Under the pieces are notes generated by a model. That model did not search any database. It was not told the DNA's origin and saw only the letters and a program-made list of their open reading frames with translations. 64,000 nucleotides of DNA from contig JBIJDH010000002.1 in the NCBI GenBank assembly GCA_044344255.1, positions 224,001 through 288,000 of the forward strand. Reading direction: 5' to 3'. This stretch comes from Myxococcota bacterium (lineage in GTDB: Bacteria; Myxococcota_A; UBA796; UBA2385). A program made the translations under genes and the position numbers. Below are positions 1 through 9,249 of this stretch, in pieces (the stretch's first letter is position 1; each line of letters starts with the position of its first letter).

Positions 1-530
1 AGCCCGCGCCGAGCCTCGTCACCCGTCGCCGCCTCGTCCTCGCGGGCGCGGCGCTGGTGGGCCTCCCGGCGGCGATGGCCGCCTTCACGGTCCTCCACGG
101 GCATCGTCCGCTTGAGGATGAGCCCGTGAGCGGCACCCTCGGCGGCTCGGCCCTCCGCACCCTCGAGGGCTGCCTCCGTCACCTCCTGCCCGATGCCGCC
201 GCGGCGACGGTCGTGGCGACCGCAGTGGACGCGGCCCTCGGCCCGGGGGACCCTCGGCTCACCGACGCCCTTCGGATGGCCCTCCAGGTGCTGGAGCACA
301 GCGCCGGCCTCGACCAGCCCCTCCGCTTCTCGCGCCTGTCCCCGGAGGCGCAGCTTGTCCTCCTCCGGGGCTGGGAGGTCTCCGAGGTCGAGCACCGGCG
401 GGTCATCTTCCACGCGCTGCGCCGCCTCGCGGTCTTCGCCTGGGGCTGCGACCCCGACCACTGGCCGGCCATCGGCTACGACGGCCCCTGGGTGAACCCC
501 CCGGCGGTGCCGGTGGAGGACATCCCGTGA
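1..530 (+). CDS. Tat-signal small subunit of a flavoprotein dehydrogenase (gluconate 2-dehydrogenase subunit 3-like), 5'-truncated
   Basis: Frame of ORF 57..530 is open back to the window edge and reads PAPSLVTRRRLVLAGAALVG (twin-arginine motif plus hydrophobic stretch). Contains RFSRLSPEAQ..LRGW and C-terminal W..IGYDGP typical of the family. Stop overlaps the start of the GMC gene (GTGA). Confidence 0.7.
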   Translation, partial: PAPSLVTRRRLVLAGAALVGLPAAMAAFTVLHGHRPLEDEPVSGTLGGSALRTLEGCLRHLLPDAAAATVVATAVDAALGPGDPRLTDALRMALQVLEHSAGLDQPLRFSRLSPEAQLVLLRGWEVSEVEHRRVIFHALRRLAVFAWGCDPDHWPAIGYDGPWVNPPAVPVEDIP

Positions 531-2050
531 TCCGAAGTCAGGCCGATGTCCCCGCAGGCTTCACCGAGCGGGTCGATGTCTGTGTGGTCGGCTCGGGCGC
601 CGGCGGCGGGGTGGCCGCCGCGGTCTTCGCCCGCGCAGGCCGTACGGTGCTCGTCCTCGAGGAGGGGGCCTTCGTGCGTGGCGCCGAGATGAGCCAGCGC
701 GAAGACGAGATGCAGCCGCGGCTCTACCGGGACTCTGGTGAACAGTACACAGAGGACGGCGGCGTCTGCGTCCTCCAAGGGCGGGCGGTCGGTGGGAGCA
801 CGGTCGTCAACGCCGCGGATGTGGTGCGCACCCCGGGCCCGGTGCTGGAGCATTGGGCGCGGAGCTTCGGGGTGGACCGCTGGAGCCTGGCCGAGCTCGA
901 CGCCGCCGCCGAGCTCTGCGAGGCGACGATCGGCGCTTCCGCGATCACGCCCGAGGCCGTCAACCGCAACGGACAGCTCCTGCTCGCGGGGGGCGCGGCG
1001 GTCGGCATCGCAGGGGGCGCCTTTCGCCACAATCGGGTCGGCTGCATGGGCTCCGGCTACTGCCTGATCGGCTGCGCCTACGACGCCAAGCGCTCGGTCG
1101 CCCTCACGTGGATCCCGCAGGCCCTGGCCACCGGGGGCTGCGTCCTCCAAACCGAAGCGAAGGCCGAGCGGGTGGAGGTCTCCGGCGGTCGGGCGGTGGC
1201 GGTGGTCGGCCACCTGCAGGATCCGCGCACCGGCGCGCGCGGGGCGCCCTTCCGGGTCGAGGCGGGCCAGGTGGTGCTCGCGGCCGGGGCCATCCACAGC
1301 CCGCTGCTGCTGCAGGCTTCGGGCCTCGGCGGGGCGGCGGTGGGCCAGAACCTGAGCCTCCAGCCCCAGGCCCCGGTCTCGGCCCGCTTTCGGGAGGAGG
1401 TCGTGGCCTTTCGTGGTATCCCCCAGGCCGCCTTCTTGGATGGCCGCGAGCAGATCAGCGCCGAGGCGGGCCTCGGGGGCTTTCGGCTGGAGTCGATCTC
1501 GAGCGGCCCGGCGATGGTGGCGGTCTGCTCGAACCGATGGGGGGCGGAGCTGGGCCGCAGCATGGCCTCCTTTCGACACATGGCGGCCCTGCTGGCCCTC
1601 GTGCCCGACCGGCCGGGCGGCTCGGTCTCCGCCGCCCGCGACGGCCGCGCCCTCATCCGCTACGCCCTCCAGGACGAGTGGCGCCGGGAGCTCCGCGCCG
1701 CCCTCCGAGCCGCCGCCGAGGTCTACCGGGCGGCGGGCGCGGAGGAGGTCTGGGTGTCGGTGACGGGGCTCCCGCCGCTGCGGGCCGGCGACTCGCTCTC
1801 CGTGCTCGACGCGCTCCCTCTGCGGGCGGGAGACCTCCCGCTCCTCTCCGCCCACCCCCAGGGCACCTGTCGGATGGGGCCCGATCCCGCCACGAGCGTG
1901 GTCGATCCGGAGCTGCGGTTGCACGGCACCCCCAACCTGCTCGTGCTCGACGCCTCGGTCTTCCCCACCTCGGCCTCCAGCCACACGATGATCCCCGTGA
2001 TGTCCTTCGCCTGGCTCGGCGCCCACGCGGCCCTCGGGGCCGGGGGATGA
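527..2050 (+). CDS. GMC-family FAD oxidoreductase
   Basis: VVGSGAGG FAD-binding motif, GRAVGGSTVVN, Cys cluster CMGSGYCLIGC, AAGAIHSP, C-terminal SAHPQGTCRMG and DASVFPT. Confidence 0.9.
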   Translation: MIRSQADVPAGFTERVDVCVVGSGAGGGVAAAVFARAGRTVLVLEEGAFVRGAEMSQREDEMQPRLYRDSGEQYTEDGGVCVLQGRAVGGSTVVNAADVVRTPGPVLEHWARSFGVDRWSLAELDAAAELCEATIGASAITPEAVNRNGQLLLAGGAAVGIAGGAFRHNRVGCMGSGYCLIGCAYDAKRSVALTWIPQALATGGCVLQTEAKAERVEVSGGRAVAVVGHLQDPRTGARGAPFRVEAGQVVLAAGAIHSPLLLQASGLGGAAVGQNLSLQPQAPVSARFREEVVAFRGIPQAAFLDGREQISAEAGLGGFRLESISSGPAMVAVCSNRWGAELGRSMASFRHMAALLALVPDRPGGSVSAARDGRALIRYALQDEWRRELRAALRAAAEVYRAAGAEEVWVSVTGLPPLRAGDSLSVLDALPLRAGDLPLLSAHPQGTCRMGPDPATSVVDPELRLHGTPNLLVLDASVFPTSASSHTMIPVMSFAWLGAHAALGAGG

Positions 2051-2108
2051 ACGTGCGGTGGAGACGTGTGGTGGGGCTGCCCCCCCTTCCCATCGTAGAG
2101 CGCGCCTC

Positions 2109-3389
2109 ATGAGCACTGAACTCACCCGGTCGACCGCCGCCGCCGCCCTCCAGCGCGGGCCCGTCACCCTCGCGTACCGCCTCTCCACGGCCACCCGCAT
2201 CGAGCCCTGGGGCGATCCTGTGGGTGAGATGCGCGTGTGGAGCGGCACCCTCGCGGCTGCGCAGGAGCGGGCCCTCGCCGAGGCGGGCCTCCGCCTGTGC
2301 GCGGAGCCCCCCACCGACCAGCCCTATGTTCTGTTCACGGACAGGGTCTGGTTCACCGCTGAGCTGCTCCGCAGGCTCATCCGCGGTCCGCTGGGTCGCC
2401 TGCGGATCAACGACGCCGCCTGGTGGGAGAGCACCGGCGCCCTGCAGGGGGTGCCTGAGGCCGGGCTCTACGAGATCGCCCTCGTGGCCGACGGGGCTGC
2501 GAGCCTCGCCCTCTTCGAGGGCCTCGACCGGGTGGAGATCGACACCGGGATGCACGAGGTCAAGCTCCCGAAGGTGCACCCCGCGCTCGCGCACGCGATG
2601 AAGCCGGTGCGGGTCGGCCTCTGCATGGCCCACCAGATCAACCACTGGTCACATGTCCTGCGGGTGAACCACCTCTGCCTCGGCGCCATGGGGGAGGAGG
2701 CGGGCCAGCAGTGGAAGGGCGCGGGGCCGCTCGGCAAGCTGTGGATGTTGATCGGCGTGCTGGCCAAGGCTCGGAGCCTCGATCGGAGCCGCATCCTCCG
2801 CGCGGTGAGCCGCATCGGGAAGAACGTGAAGATCCACCCGACCGCCATCGTGGAGGTCTGTGAGATCGGCGATGACTGCGAGATCGGCGCCTGGTCGGTG
2901 GTCCGGGCCTGCGTGCTCGGGAGGGGCGTGCGCATCGAGGAGCACGCCAGCGTGCTGATGAGCGTGGTCGGTGACGAGACGAGCGTGGGCCGCTACGGTT
3001 TCCTGAACTTCTCGGTCACCTGGCCCGGCGTCCACATCTCCCACGGCGGCGGCTACCAGCTCTGCCTCTTCGGCCGGGAGACCTTCATGGCCTGGGACGC
3101 CACCATCCTCGACCTCTCCTTCGGCCGCACCGTGCCGGTCTTCGAGGGGGGGCGGAGGGTGGACAGCGGCCACCACCTGCTGGGGGCGGCCCTCGGACAC
3201 CGGGTGCGCGTGGGCAACGGCGTGCGGCTGACCTACGGGATGAGCGTGCCAAACGACGCCTTCATCGTCGCCGACGCCGCCGACCTCCTCCGCGAGTGGG
3301 GAGACACCCCCGTCGATCAGGGGCCGGTGGTCACCCGAGACGGCAAGGCGACGCTCGTTCGGGCCGGCGGGCCGGTCAGGTCTCCGTGA
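2109..3389 (+). CDS. Hypothetical protein with C-terminal left-handed beta-helix (hexapeptide repeats)
   Basis: IGKNVKIHPTAIVE, IGDDCEIGAWSVV, LGRGVRIEEHASV, VGDETSVG, LGHRVRVGNG hexapeptide repeats. ATG 2109 chosen over GTG 2058. Confidence 0.7.
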   Translation: MSTELTRSTAAAALQRGPVTLAYRLSTATRIEPWGDPVGEMRVWSGTLAAAQERALAEAGLRLCAEPPTDQPYVLFTDRVWFTAELLRRLIRGPLGRLRINDAAWWESTGALQGVPEAGLYEIALVADGAASLALFEGLDRVEIDTGMHEVKLPKVHPALAHAMKPVRVGLCMAHQINHWSHVLRVNHLCLGAMGEEAGQQWKGAGPLGKLWMLIGVLAKARSLDRSRILRAVSRIGKNVKIHPTAIVEVCEIGDDCEIGAWSVVRACVLGRGVRIEEHASVLMSVVGDETSVGRYGFLNFSVTWPGVHISHGGGYQLCLFGRETFMAWDATILDLSFGRTVPVFEGGRRVDSGHHLLGAALGHRVRVGNGVRLTYGMSVPNDAFIVADAADLLREWGDTPVDQGPVVTRDGKATLVRAGGPVRSP

Positions 3390-4488
3390 GCGCCGGATCG
3401 GCGTGCAGGAAGAGGTCGAGCAGGGCGGGGCGGGCCTTCAAGAGCACCTGCTGGATCGTGTGGTTCAGCGTCAATCGGACGAGCTTGGTGTAGACCGCGC
3501 TGTGCGCAGCGGCGGTGATGACGCCGCGGGCGTTGGGCTCGGCGGCGACCCGCCCGATGAGCGCGTTGAACAAGAAGAGCCCGAGTCCGAAGCCGACGCC
3601 GCCGAAGGGCTGGAAGGCCTTGCTCAGGAGGTGGGTGCGGAGGAGGAGGTTCAGGTGGCGGGCCGCGTCGCCGTCGAGGGGAGGGAGGGGGCCGTCCAGT
3701 CGCTCCGAGGCCCGGCGCAGGAGGCCGATGAGCTCGACGGTGAAGCGCTGCTCGGCCGCGGGCGCGCCGGGCTCCGCCGCCACGCGGTCGAGCACGAGGA
3801 GCAGGGTGTGCACCATCGCGCGCGCGGCGAGGCGGTACCGCTCGGGGCGGGGCGGGATGGCCTCGACGTCGGTGCGCTCCCAGATCCAGCCCCGGAGGTC
3901 GGCCACGAGGGCCTCCGGGCCGCCCTGGACGGCGGGGAGCCGCCCCAGGAGCTCGGCCTCGATGTTCATCCAGTCGCCGAGGCTGACGGCGAGGCCCGGC
4001 ACGACGTCGACCTGCGCCGGGTTGAAGCGGGGGACTGGCCTCATGCGGGGGATCGCGAACTGGGCGGCGATTTGCTGCTCCAGCGGCTCTCCGTCCAGGC
4101 TGCTCGCGTGGAAGCCCGCGCAGTCTCCGCGGGCGATGGCCACGAGGCCCTTGGGGTCCTGAACAAAATGGAAGGGGAACTCGCGACAGAAGGACGGCTT
4201 GGCCTCGGCGCCGAAGAGGCCGTGCACCGCGCAGAGGTTGTCCTCTTTGAGGAAGATGCAGGCGCCATCGACCTTGGCGAGGAAGTATTGCGTGCCCGCG
4301 GGCGTCTCTCGTGCCTCGTACCAGGGCTGGGCCGCGGCGGGGGCCCAGGCGGCCTCGATCTCGTGGGCCTTGAGGCCCTCGATGATGTGCGGCTCGACCG
4401 GACCGAGCTGAAAGAGCCGGCAGCAGGCGCCGCAAGCGTGGCAGGACCAGCGGGCCCCCGAGGGCACACGGACAGGCAAGGCGGTCAT
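3376..4488 (-). CDS. YkgJ/FliB-like cysteine-cluster (Fe-S) protein
   Basis: CHACGACC...CIFL..DNLCAVH....KPSFCREFP...C pattern followed by a long helical C-terminal region. Confidence 0.8.
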   Translation of the reverse strand: MTALPVRVPSGARWSCHACGACCRLFQLGPVEPHIIEGLKAHEIEAAWAPAAAQPWYEARETPAGTQYFLAKVDGACIFLKEDNLCAVHGLFGAEAKPSFCREFPFHFVQDPKGLVAIARGDCAGFHASSLDGEPLEQQIAAQFAIPRMRPVPRFNPAQVDVVPGLAVSLGDWMNIEAELLGRLPAVQGGPEALVADLRGWIWERTDVEAIPPRPERYRLAARAMVHTLLLVLDRVAAEPGAPAAEQRFTVELIGLLRRASERLDGPLPPLDGDAARHLNLLLRTHLLSKAFQPFGGVGFGLGLFLFNALIGRVAAEPNARGVITAAAHSAVYTKLVRLTLNHTIQQVLLKARPALLDLFLHADPALTET

Positions 4489-4533
4489 CAGGGACCTCGG
4501 GAGCGGCGGCAGGCAGGGCTGCTCGGCGGCGGC

Positions 4534-5082
4534 TCAGTCGCCGGTGGTGCAGGCGTCGCGCAGGTTGGCGAGCGTGGAGGCGCCGATTCCCTGCACCCGG
4601 CCGAGGTCATCGCAGCTCGAAAAGGGGCCGTTCTGCTCGCGGTCGGCGAAGATCGCCGCCGCCTTGGAGGGGCCGATGCCGGGCAGCTGATCGAGGTCCG
4701 CGGCGGTAGCGGTGTTGATGTTGACGCGGCCGCCGCTGGAGGCGGGGGGGGCCGCCTCGGCGGGGGCCTCCTCGGCGGGGGCCTCACTGTCCTCCGCCCT
4801 CTTGCCGCCCTTGGCGCCCCCCTTGGCCTCGCCCACCACCACGAGGGGCCGGAGGTTGGCCATCGTCGAGGGGCCGATCCCCGGCACGTCGTCGAGCTGG
4901 TCCACGGAGGAGAAGGGCCCGTGGCTGCTCCGATACTCGATGATCGCCGCCGCCTTGGAGGGGCCGATGCCCGGCAGGCCCTCGAGCTCTGCGGCTCCGG
5001 CGGTGTTGATGTCGACCGAGGCCCAGGCGGGCATCATCAAGGCGAAGGTCAGCCCGAGGAAGAGGAAGAGTCGGCGAAACAT
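4534..5082 (-). CDS. comEA: Secreted ComEA-family DNA-binding protein with two helix-hairpin-helix domains
   Basis: Signal peptide (..PAWA), two repeats of V(D/N)INTA...L..LPGIGPSKAAAI...R...GPFSS.D.L..V.GIG.ST.ANLR, GGAG RBS upstream. Confidence 0.85.
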   Translation of the reverse strand: MFRRLFLFLGLTFALMMPAWASVDINTAGAAELEGLPGIGPSKAAAIIEYRSSHGPFSSVDQLDDVPGIGPSTMANLRPLVVVGEAKGGAKGGKRAEDSEAPAEEAPAEAAPPASSGGRVNINTATAADLDQLPGIGPSKAAAIFADREQNGPFSSCDDLGRVQGIGASTLANLRDACTTGD

Positions 5083-5094
5083 GGACGCTCCAGG

Positions 5095-5310
5095 CTAAAG
5101 GTCGATCTCGTCCTTGACTACGGCCCGCGACTTCAGGCGCTCCAGCCGCTGCTCTGCGGCGGTCAGCGCGTCGGCCTTGTCGCCGATGCTCAGCAGCAGG
5201 ACATCACCCTCCTTCGCGCCCGCCGGGAGGGCCGCCCGGGGCAGCTCCACCAGCTCACCGTCTACGTCCAGGATCGCCCGCGCGGCTTCGAACCGATCGA
5301 TGGTGATCAT
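5095..5310 (-). CDS. DUF3006-family small protein
   Basis: IDRFE...A.L.......LP...LP.GAKEGDVL signature. Start overlaps the stop of the upstream MBL gene (TGATG). Confidence 0.85.
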   Translation of the reverse strand: MITIDRFEAARAILDVDGELVELPRAALPAGAKEGDVLLLSIGDKADALTAAEQRLERLKSRAVVKDEIDL

Positions 5311-6449
5311 CAGTGGGTCTCCGCGGAGGTGTCCGGGATTCGACCAGTCTCGACGCGCTCGCGGAGGCCGGTGAGGGTGGCGGGGCCGATGCCCGGCACG
5401 AGATCGAGCTGGTCGACCGAGGTAAAAGGACCGTTCTCGGCGCGGAAGGTGACGATGGCCTGAGCCTTGGAGGGCCCGATGCCCGGCAGGCTCTGGAGCT
5501 GGTCGGCGGAGGCGAGGTTGATGTTGATCCGCACGGCTTCGACCTCGTCACCAGCCATGTCGGAGACGTCCAGCTTCGTGGGGGCCTCGAAGTGAGGGAT
5601 GGCGACGGCGACCGCCTCCGCGCTCAGGGCGGGCCCGCCGTCCCGCTCGGTGGTCACGGTCACGCCCTTGCCGCTGCTCTCCAGGTGGATCGTGCCCTGA
5701 GTGTCGGTGCGATAGATGGTCGCCCCGACGTTGCGGAGGCGGTCCATGGCCTGATCGGTCGGGTGGCCGTACCGGTTGCCCTGGCCCGCCGAGATGAGGG
5801 CGATGGTCGGCTTGAGGGCCCGGAGGAAGGCGTCCGACGAGGAGTACTGCGATCCGTGGTGCGCGACCTTGTAGACCGCGCATGGCTTGAGGCCCTTCTG
5901 CAGGATGAGGCGCTCGGTGTCCTCTTCGGAGTCTCCCGACAGGTACAGACAGTCATCTCCGTGTGTGACCCGCGCCACCACCGAGTTGGCGTTGAGGTCG
6001 GAGCGGGTGTCCTTTAGCTTTGGCTGCATCGGGTTCAGGAGCTCGATCTTGATCCCATCATCGAGGTTGAAGACGACCCCGGCGAGCCCAGGTTTGTAGG
6101 CGATTCCCTTCGACTCAATGAGCGCCATCACCTTCGAATAGGTCGCAGTCGTGTGGGGGAGCCCATTGTCCACGTAGACCTTCACGGGGAACTGCTCCAG
6201 CACCTCGTCCATCCCGCCGATGTGGTCGGCGTGAGGATGGGTGGCGATCACGAGGTCGATCTTCTCGACCTTTCGAGCGCGCAGCATCCCGGAGACGTCC
6301 TCCTTGCCGTCTCCGGCGTCGATCAGCACCGTCTTTCCCGCGGGAGAGCGGAGGAGGATGGAGTCGCCTTGCCCGATGTCGAGGACATCGACCTGCAGCG
6401 TTCCAGCCCATGCGGCAGCCCAAGTCAGCAGGACCAGGAGGAGGTTCAC
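5310..6449 (-). CDS. Secreted ComEC/Rec2-type metallo-beta-lactamase nuclease domain fused to a C-terminal ComEA HhH domain
   Basis: LDIGQGDSIL, LIDAG, THPHADHIGG, SGD, KVAHHGS, NRYGHP, YRTD motifs, then ININLAS..L..LPGIGPSKA..I..R...GPF. N-terminal signal peptide, no competence-channel membrane domain. Confidence 0.85.
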   Translation of the reverse strand: MNLLLVLLTWAAAWAGTLQVDVLDIGQGDSILLRSPAGKTVLIDAGDGKEDVSGMLRARKVEKIDLVIATHPHADHIGGMDEVLEQFPVKVYVDNGLPHTTATYSKVMALIESKGIAYKPGLAGVVFNLDDGIKIELLNPMQPKLKDTRSDLNANSVVARVTHGDDCLYLSGDSEEDTERLILQKGLKPCAVYKVAHHGSQYSSSDAFLRALKPTIALISAGQGNRYGHPTDQAMDRLRNVGATIYRTDTQGTIHLESSGKGVTVTTERDGGPALSAEAVAVAIPHFEAPTKLDVSDMAGDEVEAVRININLASADQLQSLPGIGPSKAQAIVTFRAENGPFTSVDQLDLVPGIGPATLTGLRERVETGRIPDTSAETH

Positions 6450-6458
6450 AGGGTAGAC

Positions 6459-7682
6459 CTAGTCCAGCGCCTCGAACCACAGCGTGTGGTTCGTATAGTC
6501 GTAGCAGCCGGCATAGTGCCGCCCGCTGGCCTCGACCACCTCGTTGAAGAAGCCGAGCGCCTTGCCATCGTCGTTGGTGACGAGGCGGTTCTCCCAGCCC
6601 CCGCTGCTCCTCCATGCCATCTTCATGTCCTTGTTGTCGCCGTCATAGTAGAGGATCGCCGGGTAGGAGCCGCTCGTGAACAGCGCCGTGTCTGCGCCCA
6701 CGTAGGCGCCGCTGTCCACCGTCTCGATGGTCCAGGCGCCCGGCTCGCCAATCGCGTACTTGAGGTCTTGATTGCCGACATCATGGTACGCGATCTCGAT
6801 CTTTCCGTCGATGATCCGCATGTCTGGCCACTGTCCGACGTCACCCTCGGCGTCGACCGTCTCGACGGTGTAGCTGCCGGTGGTGCCCCAAGCGAGCTTG
6901 AGGTCGCCGTTGGCGGCGTCGTAATAGGCGATGTACTCAATGCCCGCCGCGACGTCGATGTGCGAGAAGGCGCCGACATCGGCGGACTTCGCCGACTCGG
7001 TGGAGCCCTCCGGGGGCGTGTAGCCGGTGCCCTCGTCCACCACCTCGCCCTGAAACATCCCCGTGCTCGGGAAGTAGTGGGCGACCCGCAGGGCGGCCGA
7101 GCCCTTGTCGTAGTGGGTGATGACCGGGTTTCCCGCCCCGTCGAGGTTGATCGAGGTGAAGTAGCCAGCGCCGCCGGAGCCCGTGCCAGATCCGCCGTCG
7201 GCGAGGTTGTTGGTCCAGGTGCCGTCGGTGGCGCGGGACGCGAAGCGGAGGTTGTGGTTGGAGACGTCCTGGTAGGACATCCACACCACGCCGTCTGCGC
7301 CCACGACCATCGAGGTGAAGGCCCCGCGATCCCCGCGATCGAGGCCGTCTTCGCCCACGTAACCGTCTGGCTCCTCGTGGCTCCAGCTCACCCCACCGCC
7401 CGAGAAGGTGCCGACCGCGAAGCCCGCGGCCCCCATCGTCGTGTCGTAGTAGGCGACGGCCGGGGAGCCGTCGGCGAGGATCGCCATCGACAGCCACTGC
7501 CCCCAGTCGTTGCTGAAAGGCTCGGTGAGCGCGGTGTCATCGACCACCACTGGATCGAGCGACTTCTGTTCGTAGTCGGACTTGCAGGCCATCGCGGCGA
7601 CGCCCAACGCGGCGACCACTTGGAGACGGAGCGGTGGAGCGGAGGGCAGCCGGAGGGGGCTCAGCCGACGAGACAGGTGCAT
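6459..7682 (-). CDS. Lipoprotein with repeated beta-propeller-like blades
   Basis: Lipobox AAMAC. Repeats of G.(F/Y/W).S(M/I)....G...(I/V)AY(Y/H)D.....L(R/K)(F/Y/L)A....W..E.VD. Start uncertain (7682 or 7715). Confidence 0.7.
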   Translation of the reverse strand: MHLSRRLSPLRLPSAPPLRLQVVAALGVAAMACKSDYEQKSLDPVVVDDTALTEPFSNDWGQWLSMAILADGSPAVAYYDTTMGAAGFAVGTFSGGGVSWSHEEPDGYVGEDGLDRGDRGAFTSMVVGADGVVWMSYQDVSNHNLRFASRATDGTWTNNLADGGSGTGSGGAGYFTSINLDGAGNPVITHYDKGSAALRVAHYFPSTGMFQGEVVDEGTGYTPPEGSTESAKSADVGAFSHIDVAAGIEYIAYYDAANGDLKLAWGTTGSYTVETVDAEGDVGQWPDMRIIDGKIEIAYHDVGNQDLKYAIGEPGAWTIETVDSGAYVGADTALFTSGSYPAILYYDGDNKDMKMAWRSSGGWENRLVTNDDGKALGFFNEVVEASGRHYAGCYDYTNHTLWFEALD

Positions 7683-7701
7683 GGGGGCTGCCTTGGGCCG
7701 C

Positions 7702-9219
7702 TCAGGGCGCGACATGGAGGGGATTCGTGTAGATCCAGGGGTATTCGTGTAGCCACACATCGGGCGCCTCGCCGAGGAAGTCGCGCAGATGGTAGGGGAT
7801 CATCGTGGCCCGCATCCGGTAGACACCGGACTGGGTGACCTCGAAGTCACCGCAGCCTTCCTGCCAAAGTTCACCGTCGCGGAAGACGGAGACCGAGATC
7901 TCGGGCGCCTCCTCCCCCCGTGGGGCCGAGGGGGCGAGGGTGGGGCAGCCGACGTGGAGGGTGCCGAGGCCCGTCGCGGTCGATCCCATCTCGGTGACCG
8001 CGCCATCCGGGCCCTCGAGGTGGAAGTCAACGGTCTCGGGGGTCCCCAACACCTCGAAGGCCACATAGAGCCGGCCGGCCTCGAGGGCGGCTTGGGCGGT
8101 GGCGGGGGTGGGCTCTCCGGACTCGACCAGCACCATGTTGGAGAACCAGCGCAGCATCCGCCGGTAGGAGTCTCCCCGTTCGCCGTCGCGCAGCAAGATG
8201 GGCAGGACGTTCTGGTGGGCGTCCGTGCCCGCGGTGCCGACTACGGGGCGGATCGCGTTCAGGCCGTCCCAAGTCTCGATGCTGATGTCTTGTTGCTGCA
8301 GCACCGCCAGGAAGAGGAGGTCGGGCTCGGCGGTGCCGCTCTCGCTCGTGAACGGCGCGACGTCGGCCAGCCAGCCCATCTGATCGAGGCCGAGGTAGTC
8401 GGCGCGGATGTCGGGATCGAACATCGCGTGGAGGTTGAAGAGCTCTACACCCTGGAGGCCGACGTCGATCAGCGACGCGAGCACAGCGGGGTCGCGCTGT
8501 TCGGTGTGCGCGAGCAGGACGGTAGAGCCAGCCGCCACGTCGGCGGCGATGGCCTCGGCGTCAAAGCCGTTGTACAAGCGGTCGTTCTCAGCGGCATCCG
8601 CGCCTGCGTGCACCTTCAGGCTGACGGGCATGAGCTCGTCTTCGATGCCCGGCATCCACAGGACGCGGTGGTCGTCGTTGGGGGCCCCACAGGGGACACG
8701 GGTGGCGATCGTCTGGCCGTCGTCGCCAGGGATCCGCTCGTCACCAGCCTCGTCGTAGAAGAGGTCCTCCCAGGGCTGCTCACCGGCGTGAGCCGGGTGG
8801 TCGGTGAGGAAGGCGAGGTCGACCGCGGTGCTGCACAGGCCCGCGCGGAGGTCTGCGAGGCAGCTGAGGTTGGGCGCGCCCTCGGCGTCGGTGCCCTCGC
8901 CGTCACAGGCGTCATGCGACCAGGGCGAGTGGAGGTGGATGATGGAGCGGCGCGGCTGGAGGCCGCGCAGGGGAGAGAGCTCGTCTCCCGTGGGGCGGAG
9001 GGCCCCCGACCAGGGGATGGGCCCGTCGGGCGCCTGGCTGTCCTTGCCGTTCCCCGCGCCGTTCACCGCCTCGGCCGCGCAGCCGCTGAGGTTGAGCCCC
9101 ACGAAGAGCCCTACGGCGCTCGCCCGCGATCCGACCGCGATCCCAGAAACACGGCGCCCAGCTCGGGGACGTGGATCCCCGGCGTGGAGTGCCGCGGTGG
9201 GTGGGCGCGGGGCGGTCAT
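7702..9219 (-). CDS. PHP-family metallo-phosphoesterase lipoprotein
   Basis: HLHSPWSHD, FLTDH, LAH, VELFN, GTDAH and C-terminal WIYTNP motifs, lipobox LSGC. ATG 9219 is preceded by a TATACT box; the ORF-track extension to 9420 crosses the tRNA and is rejected. Confidence 0.75.
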   Translation of the reverse strand: MTAPRPPTAALHAGDPRPRAGRRVSGIAVGSRASAVGLFVGLNLSGCAAEAVNGAGNGKDSQAPDGPIPWSGALRPTGDELSPLRGLQPRRSIIHLHSPWSHDACDGEGTDAEGAPNLSCLADLRAGLCSTAVDLAFLTDHPAHAGEQPWEDLFYDEAGDERIPGDDGQTIATRVPCGAPNDDHRVLWMPGIEDELMPVSLKVHAGADAAENDRLYNGFDAEAIAADVAAGSTVLLAHTEQRDPAVLASLIDVGLQGVELFNLHAMFDPDIRADYLGLDQMGWLADVAPFTSESGTAEPDLLFLAVLQQQDISIETWDGLNAIRPVVGTAGTDAHQNVLPILLRDGERGDSYRRMLRWFSNMVLVESGEPTPATAQAALEAGRLYVAFEVLGTPETVDFHLEGPDGAVTEMGSTATGLGTLHVGCPTLAPSAPRGEEAPEISVSVFRDGELWQEGCGDFEVTQSGVYRMRATMIPYHLRDFLGEAPDVWLHEYPWIYTNPLHVAP

Positions 9220-9226
9220 GGGCGGC

Positions 9227-9232
9227 AGTATA
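9227..9232 (-). promoter_or_regulatory. Putative -10 box (TATACT) 7 nt upstream of ATG 9219 (leaderless start)
   Basis: Minus strand reads gtTATACTgccgcccATG with no Shine-Dalgarno sequence. Confidence 0.55.
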
Positions 9233-9249
9233 ACGAAGGCGGGGCCGAC

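Noticed and set aside
4655..5495. Three near-identical GCCTTGGAGGG(G/C)CCGATGCC segments as a mobile or regulatory repeat
   Set aside because: Explained by the conserved LPGIGPSKA motif of three ComEA HhH domains.
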